DNA from: Eledone cirrhosa
Taxonomy: Eukaryota
Length of the DNA stretch: 64,000 nt
Reading direction: 5' to 3'
Assembly (NCBI GenBank): GCA_964016885.1
Contig: CAXHJY010000096.1
Coordinates: 2,232,001 to 2,296,000 of the forward strand
Shown: piece after piece, positions 56,450 through 64,000 of the stretch
How positions within the stretch are numbered: position 1 is the stretch's first letter
How the letters are laid out: each line of letters begins with the position of its first letter
Notes under the pieces: generated by a model
What the model was told of the DNA's origin: nothing
Database searches by the model: none
What the model saw: only the letters and a program-made list of their open reading frames with translations
Made by a program: the position numbers and the translations under genes

Positions 56450-59370
56450 GCCAAGGGAAGATAATTTTTAAAAAAATCAGGCGGAGATTGTAAAAAAAAT
56501 CAGGGGGGAGATAATTTGTAAAAAAATCAGGGGGAGATAATTTGTAAAAAATAATCAGGGGGAGATAATTTGTAAAAAAATTCAAGGGGAGATAATTTCC
56601 AGCCGTCCAAGGGGAGATAATTTCCCGCCAGCCAAGGGAAGATAATATTTAAAAAAATTAGGCGGAGATAATTTGTAAAAAAAATCAGGGGGAGATAATT
56701 TGTAAAAAAATCAGGGGGAGATAATTTGTAAAAAAAATCAGGGGGAGATAATTTGTAAAAAAAATCATGGGGAGATAATTTGTAAAAAAAAATCAGGGGG
56801 AGATAATTTGTAAAAAAAAATCAGGGGGAGATAATTTGTAAAAAAAATCAAGGGGAGATAATATCCAGCCGTCCAAGGAGAGATAATTTTAAAAAAAAAT
56901 GAGGCGGAGATAATTTGTAAAAAAAAAATCAGGGGGAGTTAATTTGTAAAAAAAAATGAGGGGGAGATAATTTGTAAAAAAAATCAAGGGGAGATAATTT
57001 CCAGCCGTCCAAGGGGAGATAATTTTCAGCCGTCCAAGGAGAGGTAATTTCTAGCCGTCCAAGGGGAGATAATTTCCAGCCGTCCAAGGGGAGGTAATTT
57101 CCAGCCGTCCAAGGGGAGATAAATTAAAAAAAAAATCAGGCGGAGATAATTTGTAAAAAAAATCAAGGGGAGATAATTTGCAGCCGTCCAATGGGAGATA
57201 ATTTTCAGTCGTCCAAGGAGAGGTAATTTCTAGCCGTCCAAGGGGAGATAATTTCCAGCCGTCCAAGGGGAGATAATTTCCAGCCGTCCAAGGGGAGATA
57301 ATTTTTTTTAAAAAATCAGGCGGAGATAATTTGTAAAAAAAATCAGGGGGAGATAATTTGTAAACAAAATCAGGGGGAGATAATTTGTAAAAAAAAATCA
57401 GGGGGAGATAATTTGTAAAAAAAATTAGGCGTAGATAATTTGTAAAAAAAAATCGGGGAGATAATTTGTAAAAAAAAATCAGGGGGAGATAATTTGTTTA
57501 AAAAATCAAGGGGAGATAATTTGCAGCCGTCCAAGGGGAGATAATTTTCAGCCGTCCAAGGAGAGGTAATTTCTAGCCGTTCAAGGAGGGATAATTTCCA
57601 GCCGTCCAAGGGGAGATAATTTCCAGCCGTCCAAGGGGAGATAATTTTTTTTAAAAAATCAGGCGGAGATAATTTGTAAAAAAAAATCAGGGGGAGATAA
57701 TTCGTAAAAAAAAATCAGGGGGAGATAATTTGTAAAAAAAAATCAGGGGGAGATAATTTGTAAAAAAAATCAAGGGGAGATAATTTCCAGCCGTCCAAGG
57801 GGAGGTAATATCTAGCCGTCCAAGGGGAGATAATTTCCAGCCGTCCAAGGGGAGATAATTTCCAGCCGTCCAAGGGGAGATAATTTCCAGCCGTCCAAGG
57901 AGACATATTTTCCAGCCGTCCAAGGCGAGGTAATTTCTAGCCGTCCAAGGGGAGATAAATTCCAGCCTCCAAGGGGAGATAATTTCCAGCCAGCCAAGGG
58001 GAGATAATTTGTAAAAAAATCAGGGGGAGATAATTTGTAAAAAATATCAGGGAGATAATTTGTAAAAAAAAATCAGGGGGAGATAATTTGTAAAAAAAAT
58101 CAGGGGGAGATAATTTGTAAAAAAAAATCAGGGGGAGATAATTTGTAAAAAAAATCAAGGGGAGATAATTTCCAGCCGTCCAAGGGGAGATAATTTTCAG
58201 CCGTCCAAGGAGAGGTAATTTCTAGCCGTCCGAGGAGAGATAATTTCCAGCCGTCCAAGGGGAGATAATTTCCAGCCGTCCAAGGGGAGATAATTTCCAG
58301 CCGTCCAAGGAGACATATTTTCCAGCCGTCCAAGGAGAGGTAATTTCTAGCCATCCAAGGGGAGATAAATTCCAGCCTCCAAGGGGAGATAATTTCCAGC
58401 CAGCCAAGGGGAGATAATTTGTAAAAAAATCAGGGGGAGATAATTTGCAAAAAAAATCAGGGGGAGATAATTTGTAAAAAAATCAGGGGGAGATAATTTG
58501 TAAAAAATAATCAGGGGGAGATAATTTCCAGCCGTCGAAGGGGAGATAATTTAAAAAAAAATCAGGCGGAGATAATTTGTAAAAAAAAATCAGGGGGAGA
58601 TAATTTGTAAAAAAAAATCAGGGGGAGATAATTTGTAAAATAAATCAAGGGGAGATAATTTCCAGCCGTCCAAGGGGAGATAATTTTCAGCCGTCCAAGG
58701 GGAGATAATTTCCCGCCAGCCAAGGGAAGATAATATTTAAAAAAATCAGGCGGAGATAATTTGTAAAAAAAATCAGGGGGAGATAATTTGTAAAAAAATC
58801 AGGGGGAGATAATTTGTAAAAAAAAATCAGGGGGAGATAATTTGTAAAAAAAATCAGGGGGAGATAATTTGTAAAAAAAAATCAGGGGTAGATAATTTGT
58901 AAAAAAAAATCAGGGGGAGATAATTTGTAAAAAAAAATCAGGGGGAGATAATTTGTAAAAAAAATGAAAGGGGTGATAATATCCAGCCGTCCAAGGGGAG
59001 ATAATTTCCAGCCGTCCAAGGGGAGATAATTTCCAGCCGTCCAAGGGGAGATAATTTCCATCCTTCCAAGGGGATATAATTTCCAGCCGTCCAAGGGGAG
59101 ATAATTTCCATCCTTCCAAGGGGATATAATTTCCAGCCGTCCAAGGGGAGATAATTTTCAGCCGTCCAAGGAGAGGTAATTTCTAGCCGTCCAAGGAGAG
59201 ATAATTTCCAGCCGTCCAAGGGGAGATAATTTCCAGCCGTCCAAGGGGAGATAATTTCCAGCCGTCCAAGGAGACATATTTTCCAGCCGTCCAAGGAGAG
59301 GTAATTCCTAGCCGTCCAAGGAGAGATAAATTCCAGCCTCCAAGGGGAGATAATTTCCAGCCAGCCAAGG
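56450..59370 (+). repeat. Dispersed copy of about 11370-14290 (offset about 45076)
   Basis: ORF pairs 12611/57687, 13806/58882 and 14107/59183 differ by 45076. Shared rare variants are TGAGGCGG, GGAGTTAAT, CCAATGGG and GATAAATT-A11. Confidence 0.85.
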
Positions 59371-60339
59371 GGAGATAATTTGTAAAAAATAATCAGGGGG
59401 AGATAATTTGTAAAAAAAATCAAGGGGACATAATTTCCAGCCGTCCAAGGGGAGATAATTTTCAGCCGTCCAAGGGGAGATAATTTCCCGCCAGCCAAGG
59501 GAAGATAATATTTAAAAAAATTAGGCGGAGATAATTTGTAAAAAAAATCAGGGGGAGATAATTTGTAAAAAAATCAGGGGGAGATAATTTGTAAAAAAAA
59601 TCAGGGGGAGATAATTTGTAAAAAAAAATCAGGGGTAGATAATTTGTAAAAAAAAATCAGGGGGAGATAATTTGTAAAAAAAATCAGGGGGAGATAATTT
59701 GTAAAAAAAATCAGGGGGAGATAATTTGTAAAAAAAAATCAGGGGTAGATAATTTGTAAAAAAAAATCAGGGGGAGATAATTTGTAAAAAAAATCAAGGG
59801 GAGATAATTTCCAGCCGTCCAAGGGGCTATAATTTCCAGCGTCCAAGGGGAGATAATTTCCAGCCAGCGAAGGGGAGATAATTTTTTTTTCAAAATCATT
59901 GGGAGATTTGTAAAAAAAATCAGGGGGAGATAATTTGTAAAAAAAATCAAGGGGAGATAATTTCCAGCCGTCCAAGGGGAGGTAATATCTAGCCGTCCAA
60001 GGGGAGATAATTTCCAGCCGTCCAAGGGTAGATAATATCCAGCCGTCCAAGGACATATTTTCCAGCCGTCCAAGGAGAGGTAATTTCTAGCCGTCCAAGG
60101 GGAGATAAATTCCAGCCTCCAAGGGGAGATAATTTCCAGCCAGCCAAGGGGAGATAATTTGTAAAAAAATCAGGGGGAGATAATTTGTAAAAAAAATCAG
60201 GGGGAGATAATTTGTAAAAAAAAATCAGGGGGAGATAATTTGTAAAAAAAATCAGGGGGAGATAATTTGTAAAAAAATCAGGGGGAGATAATTTGTAAAA
60301 GAAAAATCAGGGGGAGATAATTTGTAAAAAAAATCAGGG

Positions 60340-61900
60340 GGAGATAATTTCCAGCCGTCCAAGGGGAGATAATTTTCAGCCGTCCAAGGGGAGATAATTT
60401 CCCGCCAGCCAAGGGAAGATAATATTCAAAAAAATCAGGCGGAGATAATTTGTAAAAAAAATCAGGGGGAGATAATTTGTAAAAAAATCAGGGGGAGATA
60501 ATTTGTAAAAAAAAAATCAGGGGGAGATAATTTGTAAAAAAAATCAGGGGGAGATAATTTGTAAAAAAAAATCAGGGGTAGATAATTTGTAAAAAAAAAT
60601 CAGGGGGAGATAATTTGTAAAAAAAAATCAGGGGGAGTTAATTTGTAAAAAAAATGAAAGGGGAGATAATATCCAGCCGTCCAAGGGGAGATAATTTCCA
60701 GCCGTCCAAGGGGAGATAATTTCCAGCCGTCCAAGGGGAGATAATTTCCATCCTTCCAAGGGGATATAATTTCCAGCCGTCCAAGGGGAGATAATTTCCA
60801 TCCTTCCAAGGGGATATAATTTCCAGCCGTCCAAGGGGAGATAATTTTCAGCCGTCCAAGGAGAGGTAATTTCTAGCCGTCCAAGGAGAGATAATTTCCA
60901 GCCGTCCAAGGGGAGATAATTTCCAGCCGTCCAAGGGGAGATAATTTCCAGCCGTCCAAGGAGACATATTTTCCAGCCGTCCAAGGAGAGGTAATTCCTA
61001 GCCGTCCAAGGGGAGATAAATTCCAGCCTCCAAGGGGAGATAATTTCCAGCCAGCCAAGGGGAGATAATTTGTAAAAAAAATCAGGGGGAGATAATTTGT
61101 AAAAAAAATCAGGGGGAGATAAATTGTAAAAAAAAATCAGGGGGAGATAATTTGTAAAAAAAATCAAGGGGAGATAATTTCCAGCCGTCCAAGGGGAGAT
61201 AATTTTCAGCCGTCCAAGGGGAGATAATTTCCCGCCAGCCAAGGGAAGATAATATTCAAAAAAATCAGGCGGAGATAATTTGTAAAAAAAATCAGGGGGA
61301 GATAATTTGTAAAAAAATCAGGGGGAGATAATTTGTAAAAAAAAAATCAGGGGGAGATAATTTGTAAAAAAAATCAGGGGGAGATAATTTGTAAAAAAAA
61401 ATCAGGGGTAGATAATTTGTAAAAAAAAATCAGGGGGAGATAATTTGTAAAAAAAAATCAGGGGGAGATAATTTGTAAAAAAAATGAAAGGGGAGATAAT
61501 ATCCAGCCGTCCAAGGGGAGATAATTTCCAGCCGTCCAAGGGGAGATAATATCCAGCCGTCCAAGGGGAGATAATTTCCATCCTTCCAAGGGGATATAAT
61601 TTCCAGCCGTCCAAGGGGAGATAATTTCCATCCTTCCAAGGGGATATAATTTCCAGCCGTCCAAGGGGAGATAATTTTCAGCCGTCCAAGGAGAGGTAAT
61701 TTCTAGCCGTCCAAGGAGAGATAATTTCCAGCCGTCCAAGGGGAGATAATTTCCAGCCGTCCAAGGGGAGATAATTTCCAGCCGTCCAAGGAGACATATT
61801 TTCCAGCCGTCCAAGGAGAGGTAATTCCTAGCCGTCCAAGGGGAGATAAATTCCAGCCTCCAAGGGGAGATAATTTCCAGCCAGCCAAGGGGAGATAATT
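60340..61900 (+). repeat. Second copy of the ~830-bp dimer (offset about 9207 from the 51.1-kb copy)
   Basis: ORF pairs 60600/61430 and 60873/61703 differ by 830. Both dimers share GATAAATTGT between units and an extra GATAATATCC in the second unit. Confidence 0.85.
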
Positions 61901-63199
61901 TGTAAAAAAATCAGGGGGAGATAATTTGTAAAAAAAATCAGGGGGAGATAATTTGTAAAAAAAAATCAGGGGTAGATAATTTGTAAAAAAAAATCAGGGG
62001 GAGATAATTTGTAAAAAAATCAAGGGGAGATAATTTCCAGCCGTCCAAGGGAAGATAATTTCCAGCCCTCCAAGGGGCTATAATTTCCAGCGTCCAAGGG
62101 GAGATAATTTCCAGCCAGCGAAGGGGAGATAATTTTTTTAAAAAAATCATTGGGAGATTTGTAAAAAAAATCAGGGGGAGATGATTTGTAAAAAAAATCA
62201 AGGGGAGATAATTTCCAGCCGTCCAAGGGGAGGTAATATCTAGCCGTCCAAGGGTAGATAATTTCCAGCCGTCCAACGGGAGATAATTTCCAGCCGTCCA
62301 AGGGTAGATAATATCCAGCCGCCCAAGGACATATTTTCCAGCCGTCCAAGGAGAGGTAATTTCTAGCCGTCCAAGGGGAGATAATTTCCAGCCGTCCAAG
62401 GGTAGATAATATCCAGCCGTCCAAGGAGAGGTAATTTCTAGCCGTCCAAGGGGAGATAAATTCCAGCCTCCAAGGGGAGATAATTTCCAGCCAGCCAAGG
62501 GGAGATAATTTGTAAAAAAATCAGGGGGAGATAATTTGTAAAAAAAATCAGGGGGAGATAATTTGTAAAAAAAAATCAGGGGGAGATAATTTGTAAAAAA
62601 AAATCAGGGGGAGATAATTTGCAAAAAAAATCAGGGGGAGATAATTTGTAAAAAAAAATCAGGGGTAGATAATTTGTAAAAAAAAATCAGGGGGAGATAA
62701 TTTGTAAAAAAAAATCAGGGGGAGATAATTTGTAAAAAAAATCAAGGGGAGATAATTTCCAGCCGTCCAAGGAGAGATAATTTTAAAAAAAATCAGGCGG
62801 AGATAATTTGTAAAAAAAAATCAGGGGGAGATAATTTGTAAAAAAAAATCAGGGGGAGATAATTTGTAAAAAAAAATCAGGGGGAGATAATTTGTAAAAA
62901 AAATCAGGAGGAGATAATTTGTAAAAAAAATCAAGGGGAGATAATTTCCAGCCGTCCAAGGAGAGATAATTTTAAAAAAAATCAGGCGGAGATAATTTGT
63001 AAAAAAAAATCAGGGGGAGATAATTTGTAAAAAAAAATCAGGGGGAGATAATTTGTAAAAAAAAATCAAGGGGAGATAATTTCCAGCCGTCCAAGGGGAG
63101 ATAATTTTCAGCCGTCCAAGGAGAGGTAATTTCTAACCGTCCGAGGAGAGATAATTTCCAGCCGTCCAAGGGGAGATAATTTCCAGCCGTCCAAGGGGA

Positions 63200-64000
63200 G
63201 ATAATTTCCAGCCGTCCAAGGAGACATATTTTCCAGCCGTCCAAGGAGAGGTAATTTCTAGCCGTCCAAGGGGAGATAAATTCCAGCCTCCAAGGGGAGA
63301 TAATTTCCAGCCAGCCAAGGGGAGATAATTTGTAAAAAAATCAGGGGGAGATAATTAGCAAAAAAAATCAGGGGGAGATAATTTGTAAAAAAAATCAGGG
63401 GGAGATAATTTGTAAAAAATAATCAGGGGGAGATAATTTCCAGCCGTCCAAGGGAAGATAATTTCCAGCCCTCCAAGGGGCTATAATTTCCAGTGTCCAA
63501 GGGGAGATAATTTCCAGCCAGCGAAGGGGAGATAATTTTTTTTAAAAAATCATTGGGAGATTTGTAAAAAAAATCAGGGGGAGATAATTTGTAAAAAAAA
63601 TCAAGGGGAGATAATTTCCAGCCGTCCAAGGGGAGGTAATATCTAGCCGTCCAAGGGGAGATAATTTCCAGCCGTCCAAGGGGAGATAATTTCCAGCCGT
63701 CCAAGGGTAGATAATTTCCAGCCGTCCAACGGGAGATAATTTCCAGCCGTCCAAGGGTAGATAATATCCAGCCGCCCAAGGACATATTTTCCAGCCGTCC
63801 AAGGAGAGGTAATTTCTAGCCGTCCAAGGGGAGATAATTTCCAGCCGTCCAAGGGGAGGTAATATCTAGCCGTCCAAGGGTAGATAATTTCCAGCCGTCC
63901 AACGGGAGATAATTTCCAGCCGTCCAAGGGTAGATAATATCCAGCCGCCCAAGGACATATTTTCCAGCCGTCCAAGGAGAGGTAATTTCTAGCCGTCCAA
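63200..64000 (+). repeat. Dispersed copy of about 39800-40600 (offset 23394)
   Basis: ORF pairs 40029/63423 and 40148/63542 are identical. The private variant ATAATTAGCA is near 39958 and 63351. Confidence 0.85.

Larger units (their letters stand above)
1..64000. repeat. Composite two-monomer tandem repeat (satellite DNA) array, extending beyond both window edges
   Basis: The core GGGGAGATAATTT or a close variant recurs every ~23-31 bp from the first line to the last. It is followed by either CCAGCCGTC (type A) or GT-An-T (type B). I saw no unique sequence and no orientation switch. Confidence 0.99.

Noticed and set aside
222-63975. All minus-strand ORFs (60-213 aa; motifs such as LPLDGWKLSPLGRLEIISPWTAGNY and FFYKLSPPD)
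   Set aside because: These are translation artefacts. The 25-bp monomer cycles through frames and has few stops on the minus strand, so overlapping frames give the same peptides. Most starts are TTG, A-tract length changes shift the frame freely, and no domain is recognisable. TAA in the core closes the plus-strand frames.
1-64000. CRISPR-like repeat-spacer architecture
   Set aside because: The constant part is only about 16 bp. The tails are 9-15 bp and of two recurring kinds rather than unique spacers. There is no leader and no cas gene.
1-64000. Information-encoding tape or programmed cassette system written in A/B order
   Set aside because: Nested duplication and recombination of a few modules explain the order. 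No enzyme, reader locus or unique payload is present in the window.
1-64000. Pure sequencing or assembly artefact
   Set aside because: Rare substitutions and homopolymer lengths recur in consistent haplotypes across distant copies, which random error would not produce. Individual duplications still need read validation.
1-64000. Assignment as a centromere or to a specific organism
   Set aside because: No recognisable diagnostic motif such as a CENP-B box and no flanking sequence is present, so the sequence alone cannot support it.

Overview
The whole 64 kb window is one uninterrupted, single-orientation, non-coding tandem repeat (satellite) array. I find no credible gene, RNA gene, transposon or CRISPR array, and no unique flank, so the host cannot be identified. 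The array uses two monomers that share a 16-bp core, CA(A/G)GGGGAGATAATTT. Type A is 25 bp (CAAGGGGAGATAATTTCCAGCCGTC). Type B is mostly 26-28 bp (CAGGGGGAGATAATTTGT-A7..9-T, occasionally up to A12). Length divided by about 26 bp gives roughly 2,400-2,500 monomers. Runs of A and B alternate, and specific variant monomers mark the run boundaries. Variants form reusable 0.1-0.4 kb modules that are shuffled and nested into tandem and dispersed duplications from about 0.2 to 10 kb, with no single fixed higher-order period. The most unusual observations are length-conserved TnAm junctions with a sliding T/A boundary, the junction grammar between the two monomers, and position-specific inherited A-tract lengths. 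All listed ORFs are translation artefacts of the repeat. Alignments were done by eye with ORF-track offsets, so duplication boundaries are approximate.
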